Shown: positions 1 through 13,300 of the stretch, piece after piece
Position numbering within the stretch: the stretch's first letter is position 1
Layout: each line of letters opens with the position of its first letter
NCBI GenBank assembly: GCA_050084515.1
Contig: CM114271.1
Span: forward strand, 45,384,001-45,448,000
Direction of reading: 5' to 3'
Source: Blasia pusilla
Lineage: Eukaryota
Length of the DNA: 64,000 bases
Notes under the pieces: generated by a model
What the model was told of the DNA's origin: nothing
What the model saw: the letters and a program-made list of their open reading frames with translations, nothing else
Databases searched by the model: none
Position numbers and translations under genes: made by a program

Positions 1-695
1 ACGTGAACGTACCGTAAGTTTGCAGAAGCGTTTGCAATCCCGAAGCAAAGTCGCCAGATTCTTTTCTGCAGATCGCTCGACGACTTTTGACCTGGCGATT
101 ATCTGTACCTGTACTGACCAAAAGAGACGAGCCAATGGGACGAGGAAGTCAGAATAGAGCGCTATCGTGGGAGAGTCAACGCATACCAAAATTGGAATAT
201 TACGAGAATATAGTGATAACATCAGATGACCGCTCAACCCCAAAAGCAGCTTCTTGTGGGTTTCAGTTTCGTCTTAAGCATTCTTTTATGCTTACTTTTT
301 GGTAGCTTTATTCGTGCTCAGAAGGGTGATGTACACTTTCTCTTTACAGTCCTGTCCATGCTCTTCAAAATCCAGAACAAACTTCTAATCTTTGCCTAAT
401 TTAGCAAGTTAATGCCTATTCAAGAAACGATTCCTGACCTGTTTCATCCACACTGCTTCGTCACAATCGAGCTTATTATTCATCAATAGATCGATTTCAA
501 GAAAAATGTCAATACAAATTTCGGGGTTATTCTGAGGGGCTTTCGGAATTAGGACCCCACTCATCCAGCAGCGGAGATCATCCTCACCAATATGCAGGGT
601 CTCTATTGCTCCAAGAAGTTGGTCGTAAGGTAGAGAGCCGTACTACAAGCTCCTCGCCGAACACAACTCGAAGTTCATCGAAGCTGAAGCGTGGA

Positions 696-3600
696 TTACG
701 CAGACAGTGACTCGAAGGAAGTGATCGCCATTACCTTTTCTGGCGAAGAGTCGTTGACGTCTGCCACGCTTGAATCTTGGGCTTCCAAGAGTGTTCGCAG
801 GCCTTGTATCTCGTGAGTAAGCCGCCCTGCGACCTCCCCGAATGTCTTCATCTGACTCGCTATGAACTCTGAAGCCGTTTGAGTTTGAAGACGCAACTCC
901 GCGCACTCCCTGCATTTGCGAAACTGAGAACCGGTCTTCAGGATCCCTTTGGGAGACCGGACAACAGAAGGGGGGAATACGCGTCCTTCCCCGCTCGCAC
1001 AGATTTCACTTGGGAAGTTCCTTAGTTGGGATGGAATTGATTTAGAACTGGGTGACAGGGCCAGTGACAGTCTCACTCCTGCATCTTCAGTAGTCCTCGA
1101 GTTGAGTTCCTGGTCCTCACTGCTATCCGCTGTATCTTCGTCGGAAGAATTTGGTGCAAAGGAATTGACAACAATAGTTGGCTGAGTGCGTTCCACGTCC
1201 CTGGCATCCATACAACTCCAATCTCGCGTTGATTTGCTATTTAAGCCCGTGAATAATCCTCCGTGGTGTCCTGAGATGGACATTCGCATTGTTAGATATA
1301 CTTGAAACCGAACACTCCAAGAAGACAGAACGTTCAAATCTGAAGTATATAAGCGCTGCACTAAACTCCAGGAATACTCAGTTTCTTGGCGATTGAACAA
1401 AAGTAGATTTTCACTGTAGTGATATCTAAGCATCTCTCACGTAGCGGAAAAGTAGCACGCGCGCAAGAAAAACTTAATGCAGCCAAGTTTATTTGAAGAC
1501 GTTAAATCTTCACATTTGAAACTGCTCCACTTAATCAACGTCGGAACTGGACGTGTTGCAAATAAAGACGTGGGGTGTTCGTGAGAGGACGACTCGGTAC
1601 AGACTAGACGCTTACTTGCACGGCCAGACGGTAGCTTAAGTCGTATTGGAGGCAATCTCTGCGGTGAGCTGTTGGATTTAGATTTCCTCAGCAATTTCAG
1701 GGTGGAGAGAGGAGATATTGTCTGCAAGATCAAGGACTCGGTCAGTATCACGGGTGCTCTCGTCGCCTTCCGAAGAATTCTACACTTCTTGAAGATCACC
1801 TCTATGATAACTAAAGCACAGGCCATGGGTGTAAACACTGCATCGGAAAAAAAATCAAGAGTTACCTTTCGCATAGGCGGCAGTTTGGATGGTGGTTCAT
1901 ACTCCTCTACATCGTCCTCCTCCCCGAGTTTATCACAGGCCAACAAATCAATGCCAGCGGCATCAGAATCACTCGGTGTTTCTAGGCCTGCTCCAGAGTC
2001 ACAAGTCAAGTCTGATGCGTGTGAGACAGACGGCGGAAGAGGTTGTTGATCGACCAGGACAGGGTCAGGCACGGTAGGAAGCAGTAGGCCTTGACCGGGT
2101 TCTGTTTCAGAAGAATCTTCCGACATTGGCAGCGCCCAGATCACGGCGTCTACATGTTCTTGAACCAATCCTTCACCACAACTCTTATTTGCCGTCTGCT
2201 GTATCTCATCGGCAGAGCTCACATCTTCAGGTGATGCTTCGTGCACACCAAATAGAGCATCTTCACACTTTGGAGCTTCAGACACCTGTACCCCTTCCAC
2301 AATGACCCCATCATCTTGCACAGCTACTTTGCTTACGACAGAGCGAGATTCCTCGCAATTTGATTCATCAGGTATCTCTTTCCTTCCTTCATCTTGCCGG
2401 GACAGAGTATCAAAGGTGTGCTCTGCACTGGAAGCCCCATCATTAGATCCCACGACACTGTCATCATCTGCACAACTCCCTTCTGGTACTTCGCCGACCG
2501 TGCAGCGCCTGGCTCGCGAAGGGGCGATGCCGCAGCTGCTGGTGTCACACAAAGCTGCACGTTTCACTCTACCTCCGTCGTCTGCATCATGTGACTTCCT
2601 CTTCCGGGGACAGTGTCCCTCACCGTCCACTTCAAAATCCGACGCATCATTTTGCTCGAAGAATTTGGCAGCATCCGTCCAAACCTCCTGGAGTGAAGAA
2701 AATTCGAAATTCGCTTCGTCATGAGATGAGCATGCTTCCGTGGGAGAACGCTGGATCTTACATCCCAGTTCATCGTCATCGTCATTGTCCCAGTTACTGA
2801 GCCAACCCCGGACGGCACATTCTTCAGGTATCCCCCTGCCTTGGAAATCCGCCGAGTTTTTCAGACCGAGTGAATTACTTAAGCCGGCAGAGAGTTCCTT
2901 CACAGATTCGGCACTAGTTGAAACTAGAATATCTGATTCTACCCTACATTGTGAGCGTAACAATAATGCAGTTATTGCTGCGGGCTCATCGTTAAGAAGT
3001 TCTTCGTCGAGCGACAGAGAGGGGGGAGTCTTCCATGGAAAACTCTCTGCGAAACCGGGCATATCATCTTCAGTAGGATTTAAGGGACAAATTTTCGGCT
3101 TCACAGATCTCCCAGTCTCGACCTTGCCAAATCCTGCTGGCGTTTCTTCTTGGACAGAAATACAGGTACGTCCAAGCAACCCCGTTAAATATGATGACTT
3201 CACTTCACCGGCTGTTTCACTGCAGGACATTGAGCTCTGAGTCCGGGTGATTTTTTCACCACTGGTAACCGTCACGGAAGGCATACTGTCCATCCGATTC
3301 AACAGACTTAAGAGTCCCCCATCAGATGGCACCCCGTGAACTGAATGTTGTACTGGCATCAGATTTTCAAAGAGCTTACATTGTGAATCCTGTTCACCAA
3401 GAGCAATTTCAATTCCTCAGATACATGACTTCACTTGTTAGGTGAACGTTAGATGGATGAGACTGGGCTTTTACTTGGAAATCTCATACATTACATTGAG
3501 CATTACTGTCAACGTATTAAAACTAACAATCGCGGGCGATTACATATTGACTAGAGTTCAGAGGATCACCGAATTACCTCTGTGGGACGGGGAGTTGTCG

Positions 3601-6348
3601 CCTCCTTCATTTCTACACCTGCAGTATTCACCTTAACGTGACTAATTGAAGTTGTCGAGGTGCACTCGAAGTTTACATTCCAAGCACGCAGCTCCTTCAC
3701 ACCTTCGCTTACTTCCGATTGTTCAAGGACTTGCGTGGCAGAAGGCACGTTGTTGATACAACGTGGCGCAGGTGCCAGAGTCTCCAGATGCGTACAGTTC
3801 GGAACCTGTCGACCAGAACCAACTTCAAATTTCGGAAAGAAGAACTTCTTGCTGCCTGAGTTAGAAGAGAGTGATAACGTTGTCAAGTACTTCCGGACTA
3901 ACTACAGATAGAGCAAAATCATCACGTTACCTCTTTCAGACTCGGAATTGTTGATTCGTCCTCTCTGTTACCACCCATGGCCTTAACTTGAACACCGCTC
4001 AATACCGTCATCGATCCACACTGAGGGTTTGAACTACTTCCGCTGAGCATCTTCACATCGACACTGGCTTCCGCAGGCTCAACGGATCCAGGGGCGTAAG
4101 ACACGAAATCGTTCGAATTAGGCTCAGGAGCAAGAACTTCCACCTGCGTCCAATCTGAAACCTGCAAACCAGAACAAATTTCGAACTCTAAGTACTAGGA
4201 GGTCACGTACTATCACAGTAAGATGAGACCAAAATCCTGTTATGCTTCGTCAACTTTCCGTCTCCCAAGATGCGTAGTAAGTTGTCAAACGCTAAAATAC
4301 TACCAACGACGTGAGGTACTTTCTCACTGAAAAAGGACATCTGAAAATCGCGACTTTACCTCCTCGGGACTGGGAATTGTCGTGCCCTCCTCGATTAATC
4401 CATCCACAGTCGTCAGCTGCAAACGGTCGAGGACTGGCACTAATGACCTTTGGGAGCTTAAGCTGCGCGCGACTTGCATCATCTCGTTGCTTACGTTTGC
4501 CTTCCCTATGATCTTGGTTGAAGAAGAAGCTTTCGATTCAACAGGATTTGTGGGATGAGATCTCCTTGACTCAGAGGAATGTCCGAGTTCGAAAGCCTCG
4601 TCTACTGAAATCACGCTGTCCCGGGATTTTCCGAGGCCCTGAAGAGGAATTGAAACGCACGTGGAATCCAAAATTTCTTCTCCATCGATTGCAACCAGGA
4701 AAGAAGAGACCAACTTTGCCTCGGATTTCCCAGTGACTGTGTCCACAACAACAGAACCCAGTTCACAATCTGCAGAGTCAGCTGGTCGTCGATGCCCAAA
4801 GTCAGCATCCTGCCATGCTTCACTTACATCCAGGTAGTTAGGCTGCGAATTCGATGCGTCAGTGGATGTGCATGATTTACTGGAATCCTGTCGATCTTTC
4901 AAAAGCCCCACAACGGCTTCGGAAATGACGCACTTAGCCCCCTCACTTGAATCTGACGACGTTACAGCTCCACCCTCTTCCAACTCAACATCAACCACGT
5001 TACCACCATTGTCGAAAGCTTCATCGAGCTCACTTACCACACTCGATGTACAAAATTCACGATCTGCCACCGCATCAATCACCTCCTCTGAACCAGTGTC
5101 TACTTCGGGATCGTCCGCATCCACTCCGATGTGATGTAATTGAAGATGCCCCATTTCCAGAGAGTCCTCGGGTTTTGTTTCCGCTGGTATCTCTTCAGAG
5201 AGAAACAGGGCAACTCGGCCCCTGCTGGTGCTGGATGGGAAACTGGGTCGACTAGGACACTCAGACATCTGATCATAGGAAAAGGCGGAGCTTAACGTGC
5301 ACACACTCGCCTCTCCAGTATTTGGCATCAACAGCTTGCTCTCAGGACTTTCAGAGACAGAAAGATGGGCAGCAACCACGTCCCGTGATGATGCAGCTGA
5401 GTTCATATCCGCCTCGGGAGTTTTGCTTGATTGGACAGGGCAATGACCGACTACTGGAGAGTCCTTCATACGTAAAGCTTCTTTAACTTTTGTTCTAATG
5501 ACTCTCCTCAGTCTGCCCCTCACCATTTCCCCGTTCCTGCTCACAAAATAGCTGCCCATGATATCTTTGTACCAATACCTCAAATCCTCTTCACTCATCT
5601 TGTCTAAATTCCGGAGCACGTGCTTTTCCCTGCAAGTGTCTTGACAATTCTTTGCATCCCCGCATGTATGAAAACCTGAGAGTGGTAGAGAGAAGTCTTC
5701 CCACCCATCATTGACAACCTTCCTTGCAGACTCCCTCACATTTGACCGACTCCGCACTCCCCGTACAGCACTCGAGGGGACGGTGGATTGGTCGTAACTC
5801 ACTTCCACCTTTGCCGGAATCAAAGGATGGAGCTTGTTCTGGGAGCTGTAAGAAGCCTTCGAGGTTTCGACTTTCTCGGGGGTATTGCAAGCACTTGTCC
5901 TGTACGGCGTTTCTTTCCTTGCCGTATCGACGATTGAATTCGGAACCCGCCCTACTTTCGCTCTTCGTTTTCTATCTCCTCCACTTTCTTCCCCACCTGT
6001 CTCAGTACCAGTCTTCAACCACGTAACCGGCGCCACGACCGGTATTGAGGACTGCGGACTTCCATCTTGCGAACATGCCACCTGAGTGGAGTTATTAGAA
6101 TTTCTTGAAAGGATTTCTTTCAGGCCCTTGCGCTTCCTCTTCCGTTTACCTTGCCGGACTTGGGAAAGGTCGTCTTCCGAGGACAGCAAACTGGGATTCC
6201 TGCCTAGCCCAACAGGGTGCTTGCGGAACTTGCACATTATATCTTGGATAGTCGTCGAGTCATCATCTTCACTCACACCACACTCGTCTAAGTTGATGCA
6301 AGTCACATTCAGCTTCGTCATGTCCGCATGGCTACCTTTGGACTTCAT
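696..6348 (-). CDS. Large (~1487 aa) Ser/Asp/Glu-rich, mostly disordered protein of unknown function with C-terminal KGILK-CxxC-coiled-coil motif. Predicted exons: 6348-4495, 4161-3931, 3805-3632, 3389-1866, 1721-1616, 1270-696
   Basis: The ORFs 4324-6348, 3922-4167, 3566-3886, 1437-3359 and 696-1433 join in frame through GT-AG introns with matching phases. Donors: GTAAGC 4494, GTAACG 3930, GTGAAT 3631, GTAACT 1865, GTAAGC 1615. CAG acceptors at 4162, 3806, 3390, 1722 and 1271; the last two have CTGAC/CTAAC branch points. An in-frame stop lies upstream of ATG 6348, with a likely 5'UTR acceptor at 6500. Confidence 0.8.
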
Positions 6349-8001
6349 GGTCAGAACTTTCCCGATTCCGCAGAAAGCTTATGAATCACCAGAACCTGAC
6401 ACACTCATGGCTCTCTCCATCACGCTTTACATTGGACGGGGTCGCCTAATTTTCGCGATTGGAATCCAACTGGCAATCGTCCTCAGTTAAAATGGAACCC
6501 TGCAATCAAAACCAGGATGACACATGAGGAATCATATCAACCCACTATGAGGAAGATTCGAGTAATCAGTAGTCTGACTGACCGAAGTTTCACAACTACT
6601 TCCTTGTTCATCCGTGAGTCACACGGGGACAAGAAATCACTTATTCGTTCATGCAATCCATCAAGCGATATCATTAATACACATAGTAGGCCTAATTAGA
6701 TCGAAAAGCGATTTTGACACAAGTCACCTCCACTGTTCTTTCTTGAAGTAAGAAGGGGGATTTTTCACTGGAGAAAGGGACAACCCTCTGCGTAGACATT
6801 CTAGTTCAGGAATGCTTGGCGATGAAAGGCGTTACCTTTCATTTGCATTCATCGTGACATCATTAGACTCGAGTTCCTTCGCTTCGAGGAAGCTACCCTC
6901 AGTTTCACTCATTCCATAGCTACTCGCACAAGTTCGGACTGCTAAATTCTTACATCTATGTGTGATAGCTAAGGACCACTGCCTGGGACAATTGATTTCG
7001 TAAGACCTTTACTTTGGCTGCGGTTTTGTACAGATCAAATATTGCAAACTTTCTACATGAAAGTCCCATATCACCAGTAGGTCTTCGTGGACAACAAGAA
7101 CAATCCTTTCATTCATCTACCCTCACTTCTGTCCACCGTCGCACCGCCAAAGGCTACAACAAGCAGTAAATATTGAGTATTATTGAGAGTATTGATGGGT
7201 CTAATGCAGACAGTCGCGGTCTGGTCACTCATGCGGAAATTGCGCCACAGAGCCTACGCCAAAATCCCATGCGCTACCGGAGCTGCGGGTTTCGTCTAGT
7301 AAACTACAATCGCCACCCAGTCCCTGCTAGGTAGATAAATACTGTCGTGAAGAGTTTCTTGGTTCATACCTGGAAACTCCACGACAAAAAACTCGGTGGG
7401 TTAAGCTAAGCAGGCACGCTACAGAAGGGCCACTTAGGTCCTATCTTCACATGTTCCCCACTCCAATCCCATCCTAGTCTTTAGCGCTGTCGTCGGCCTG
7501 TAATCGAAGAGAGCTCTCTCTCTCTCGACAGAGTCTCTAGCGCTGTCATCGTTGCGCAAGAAACTGCGCAACTTGCATCAACTCCACCGCCTGACACAGT
7601 GAAACTCCGACTCCTTATAAGCCTCTACACTCGACATGCGCCGCAACGAAGGCTCTCTAGGTTCCGAGTACAAGTGCATGAAGGTCAAGGCAGTGCGAGC
7701 GCACCTAGAAGCGACCCCGCCAAAACCTAGTGAGCTCTAGATCCACGTTCACATCTCAAACTCCAGCAAAATCAAAGGCAACGCAAACACACCTTCAATT
7801 GAGTTGAAAATTGTTTATCTTCGCGACGCTTTCCCGGGTGGAATCGTCGCAGACCTCCGCATCGGACCTTGGATGTGGTGCTTGTCGAGCACCAGAAACA
7901 AAAGTTCGCGTGCGCTCCTCTCACTGCGTAGAGCACAGAGTGAGAGAGGCCGTGCGCGAGGCGAGTTCGAAATTGTTGCGAAGTCATGGAGCGCACCACA
8001 A

Positions 8002-8022
8002 TCGCGCCAAAATTTGGCGCGA
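8002..8022. promoter_or_regulatory. Palindromic pair of E2F-type sites (TTTGGCGC) in the GC-rich upstream region of the minus-strand gene
   Basis: TCGCGCCAAA-A-TTTGGCGCGA is a perfect 10-bp inverted repeat. Each arm matches the plant E2F consensus WTTSSCSS. Confidence 0.6.
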
Positions 8023-10889
8023 ACCAGTTCTCCCGCCCTGCCCCCGCCGGACCGGGCCTCTTACCCATGGAGCGGCCCGATGTCTCCCGCGCTTCCTCCG
8101 TCCACCTGTCACCGCCCAGTCCGTTTATGTTTATCGCTCATGGCCCTAACCTCCTAACGTGCGATGAACGGATGAGACCTTAATTTAACAATTAGCTCTT
8201 AATTGTTACTTCATGTTAAATCCGCCGCATGAAATGTTTAAAATGCACATGTCATGCGGAAGAAACCTTCTTTAAATCCCATACTCTTTTAGTAGTATAG
8301 ATTGTTTTTATAGAGTGCCTTTAATATGCAAATGCCTCTTTGTTTGCTTGACACATGCTAATAGAGCGAAAGCCATAGATAGCCGCAGAGTAGGCCACAT
8401 AGAGTAGGCCTTAGGGCGGGTCCCCATGGAGACTTTTTTGGGTCGCGGGAACTTGGCGATTGAAAATCTACAGTTGATATTGTAAGTACTAGGAAATGGT
8501 CCTTGGTCCTTGCACGTCGTGAAATTTACGACGCGAAATCGCAAGGACGATCCTAAGGTCCTTGGAAGTACTTCAACCGGTTTCTAATTGTCACGTTATA
8601 GCTTGTAGTCGGTAACTTTCCAATCATATTTGTCGTCTCCGTCCAAAGGACACTCTCGGCAGAAAACAAAGTCTACTCACGCTATGGTTTAGGTGTGCGA
8701 AGCAAGTTAGAAGTGATGAATTTTTTTTTAAATGTTTGAAGTGCCGTTTTCTTCATATGGCCACACGCAAAATTCGAGCGCCCAATTTGAAACGCATGCC
8801 TCTCCTTCAAACTTTATGTCCTTACAAGACCTCTGTACATTTAAGTGCCCATGTCTTCTACCATTCGATGTGAGAAAGTACTGGGAGTTAGAGTGGCGAT
8901 TTTGAGAGCTCATCCTTGGTAGATCAGTTACAGTACTACCTACGTTCAGGATTGTCAAAAGCTCGCCTACTTTTGAATTCGACGCTCAAATCTCATATTG
9001 TCAAAGCCCTTTGCGCAAGTGATGAAACGTCAAAATTATGCCACCTAGGAATCCGGAGAAGTAATAGTGATTTGAGGATTGCCTCTTCTCTCCAAACCGT
9101 GTGATTGATTATTCCATTATTTTTTCCACCACACAAATTCTTTGCGTCATGCTTGTTTCCTATTTCTTCTTCTGGTTCGGGCACTTGCTTCTTATGGTAG
9201 AGATCAAAATGGGACAGAGCCCAATTTGATCTTTGAGATCGAGTTTGATTGAACTCGAGGTGCCCAAATCGCTTGCAGCTATTGCAACACAGTGTGGCCG
9301 CACCACTAATTGCTTCGTGAGAATTTCCCCATAATCCTTCGTGATCTCTTTGGAGTTGGGGCTTTGTCAATCGTCAATATCGTTCCCTTTCTGATTATTA
9401 TCTCATTGTCATCATCATTGTTGCAATTGTAGCAGCAAAATAAGAGAATTAGTTGATGATGGTCGTCACGACTTGCCCTTTACCCACTCCATAAGACCAA
9501 GGGATGCCCGTTTCCCAGATTATGACGCAAGCACACAAGCGCAAGGTGGCAATTTCAATTTCTCGGAGAAGATGCTACCAACTTCAATTTTGCAGCTACA
9601 ATTTTAGACCCCAAGATATCTATCATCCTATTGCAGGTTTAGCATTGTGAAAAGTATATCAATTTTGAGGCTTTCCTCCAATGGGCGTTCGGCAGTTGTG
9701 GCCAACCAATACAAGTATACTCTCAAGGAACAAAAATTGTAGGTATCCTGTTGGTAGCCAGTTGTCTACCCTATTTCCCAATAAGTCGGCAGGATCTGAG
9801 TGTATCGTTTGAGGTAGTAAGGGACTCAGTATGTTCCTTGGCAACTATAAAAGGTAGCGGTTGTGTCGGAATGAGTGTGAATATGTGCAAACTTCCCACC
9901 CAAGACTTATTCATGAAAGAATTCGGACTCCCTTTGAAGATGATTCCTAGTACGTATATTTGCACTATTTCCAATAAGTAGTGATTAGAAAATACACTTC
10001 ATAACAACGTGCTCTGCTCTGAATTAATGAGATGCGACCAACTTCAATCTCCTCATAAGAAATCTATGAGCCGGCATATGAAACTATTCAGAGTCACTCG
10101 AGAAGTGACGAATGCCAATAACCATAATGATTTGCGCCATCCAGAGAGAGAGAGAGACCATGGAGTTCAAGATTTCTTGGGGGTGCTCAACATCTACTTT
10201 CATGTCTGCATTTGGCCATGGAGTGCAGTCGGTTCAAGTTGTTTCAATGTTGGAGCTTGAGGCTTACAATAATATATGTTAGTTGGTTCCCCTGGGTCCA
10301 TGCGTCCCAGGGGAAGGTGGACACATTGTGGGCTAAAGGCAATGATATTAGAAGACATATACAGAGACTCCTCCGAGAAAAATGAAGGCAACCATAATCT
10401 GTCTTTCTAGCTTCAAGAGAAGGTTACCTACATAGGTAATCACAAGAGCAAAGTACGTGAAAGAATGTGGGTGAAGACCTCAACCAAAGCAACAGACATG
10501 CAGATCCCCCACCGTGCTAGCCACTCCCAACCATGCCAAAGTCATCCTACTTGAGTAAAAGCCATGAGAAATCTGGTTGCTCGTGTCCACAACATCAGCT
10601 TCCTCCGTAGTATCACCTCAAACTAAACTAAACTAAACTCGACCCACGGAGACGGATCCACATCTACGCGAGACGGAGGGCCAAGTTTCAAAATTTGATC
10701 CGTTTGTATTCTCCACTTTGATGCTTTGTGGCAAAGGACCGCACAAACTTCACTCTTCTATGAAATTCAACAGCCCTACACTTTCCAAGGGATCACATGT
10801 ACATACTGTAAAAATTATTCTCGTTAGTGCTTCCTTCAATACATGATGCCTCCCTAAACTTAACTTGATGACTTCTTCTTTTCATGCAG

Positions 10890-12300
10890 GACCCGAAGAA
10901 AGTGGTGGTGGTGATTGGCAGTTGCAGTAGGCAAGGCAAGGGAAATGCTTCCACTAGTGGACCAAACTCTCCTAATGATACCGGATTCCCAAATATCCAC
11001 TCTTCAAGGAGATGTTACTCAAGATGTGATGGAAATTTCCAAAGATAAGTTCCCTCCATGGTCCTCAACCCACATCAAAATTTTGATTGTGGCCACAAAA
11101 TGTGAGATGGAAACCATGGAATTGCATGGGAGTAAACATTCTTGCATGTCTTCAGGAAAGTTAAAGTGGAATAAAGTGGCTACTTTTTGCTTAAGTAATG
11201 GGGTCGATAACCCCGTTTGAGATGGAAACCAATGTAAGAAAAAATGGTCGTCCATTCTTAAGGACTTAAAAAAGGTATATAATTGGGAGAGGAGGCAAGG
11301 TGGGTTACTACGACATGGATCGTTATAGTCGTAAGAAAAATGATTTATCTATTAACTTCAATGAGGATTTCTATAAAGACATGGAGTCTTGGCTTCCTAG
11401 ACGTCAAGATGTGAATCCAAAGGCTGGTGGTGTATATCCATTCGATACCGGACTCCTCCCACCTGCAAACGAAGTCATCAATTGATTTGACGAGCCAAGT
11501 ACGCGAGTAAATAATGATATTATGCATTTTTTATTACAATATGTTATTATCTTCTATCCTTCAATATTTTATTTTATTCAATGGTAGAGTAAATAATGAT
11601 ATTATGCACTTGTGATTACTATAATATATGTTATTATCTTATCTCCTTTAATATTCTCTTTTATTCGATGGTAGAGAAATATGGATATCATGAAGAAGGA
11701 AGTCCAACATGTGAAACCAAAGAAGTTCAATGAGAAACCAAAGAAGATCGACCACACCATGGAAGCACCGCTCCATGTGTGTATTAACCTATCCTTCCTC
11801 TAGTTCTTGTGTTGTAATTCTAGCACATATACCTATTTTCTTACTATAAGTGTATCCTTGCAGATGCATCAAATTATGGTGCTTAAGGAGAAGCTTACAA
11901 TGAAGAGCCACATCAAACAAGTTCACTCACGAGTGGTGAGTGAATTTTCAAAATTTTCAATGCACATATTTGTACATTGGGAACAAACAAACATAAAATT
12001 ATATTTTGTTTACATGTTTTAAAGCCTTTTGCATGCAATCAAGCCTTTCGTCTGTATGTTGCTAAGAAGTTGCTATATTATGACTGAAGGAGTTTGGTCA
12101 GATTCCCCTCTTGAAACAGTTTGAAAAAGGTTCGAAAGCCTTGGTTGTGGAATTAAGGGCAAGAAACGAAAGTGCTCAACAAGTGAAATTCACCAAGATT
12201 CATCACAAAGGACTTGATCCAAGTCATAAAGGAGGGACAAGAAAAACAAGCCAAGAGTATGAAAGCACTTGTAGAAGTATTTGCAATATATCTTCTAAAT
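10890..12300 (+). pseudogene. Harbinger Myb/SANT (trihelix-like) DNA-binding protein, disrupted
   Basis: Reads PPWSSTHIKILI...KWNKVATFC...PV*DGNQCKKKWSSILKDLKKVYNWE, then YYDMDRYSRKKNDLSINFNEDFYKDMESWL. Contains a premature TGA and a frameshift. Acceptor TTCATGCAG at ~10889. Confidence 0.8.
11505..11676. repeat. 82-bp tandem duplication in an AT-rich (intronic) part of the Harbinger Myb gene
   Basis: GAGTAAATAATGATATTATGCA...ATGGTAGA occurs at 11505 and again at 11587. Confidence 0.85.
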
Positions 12301-12479
12301 AAGAAATCTTGAATGATGAAAGTAGGAAAAAATGAATAGTATTTACATCTGAATAAATTTTTTTATTGATTTCCAAAATTTTAACTACACTCACAAAATG
12401 AGTTATATCAAAGAAGTCATCGATTACATCAAAGAAGTCATCTAGCTACTCTACTTGTGGCACTATATGGTTGAGAAGA

Positions 12480-13300
12480 GCATCTCAGTTTGCTCTTCCA
12501 TCAGATGTGGCTATGTTGCTTGGTACAAAACTTTGAAATCCATGTGGATGAGGTCTTGCAATCCTAAAAACTGTATATGGAGTATGATTTTGTCTTTCAA
12601 TCAAGATATTGTGCAAGATACAACAAGCAACTATCATCTTTGGTAATCGCTCCAAGTTTGGATGATAGATATGTCGATTTAGTACGCGCCATGTTCCCTT
12701 CAATTGTCCCCAATCCCTCTCCACACACATATGCATGAAAAAATGGAGATAATTCCATGCCTCTTTTCGACCACTTGATCTTGGATAAGGACTAATAGCC
12801 AAGGTAATAGCGGATATCCTGCATCACCAATGATATACTCTCAAATGCTCTTGTTATATCTCAATGGAATTGAAGGACCAATCAAATACCTTGAATTGCT
12901 TTCTTGTACAATTCAAAGTTTTGGAGGAGTTGTGTGTCATGAGCATAAGGTGGGTATTTTGCAAACACATCTAAGAATCGGAGCTCTGAATCCACGACAG
13001 CTTGCATAGCACATGCATAAGATTTACTCTTATGATTATACCATGACATGGCATTTGTACCTGATGGTAAGTCAATGAGAAAATGAGTGGCATGTATTGT
13101 ACCACAAGAATTAAAAAATCCATGTTGTGCTTGAAAACCAGCTTTGACTCTTTCTAATCGTGCTCTAATAGGCCAAGTGACAACTCCACGAGCCACGTCC
13201 ACAAGGGCGTCACCTCCCATTTTTTAAGTTGGAGACGTTATCCATAAAGAAAATCGCCTCCCAAGTTTTTTTGCTCATCTCTTGTTCTTTAGTGCGTTGA
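12480..13300 (-). pseudogene. Harbinger/HARBI1-type DDE transposase (DDE_Tnp_4), disrupted
   Basis: Motifs CGTIHATH (canonical GAIDGTH, so the first Asp is lost), MQAVVDSELRFLDV, HDTQLLQN, IGDAGYPLLPWL, VERDWGQLKGTWRVL and IVACCILHNIL. Frameshifts and stops are present. Confidence 0.9.

Noticed and set aside
1-200. Possible first exon/donor (GTACGT on the minus strand at ~12) of a neighbouring gene
   Set aside because: At the window edge; insufficient sequence to support.
3902-3930. Apparent 29-nt GT-AG micro-intron joining ORFs 3922-4167 and 3566-3886
   Set aside because: Too short. A phase-compatible acceptor at 3806 gives a normal 125-nt intron.
949-6490. Plus-strand Ser-rich ORFs (e.g. 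2302-2724, 2740-3240, 6086-6490)
   Set aside because: Antisense shadows of the acidic minus-strand gene.
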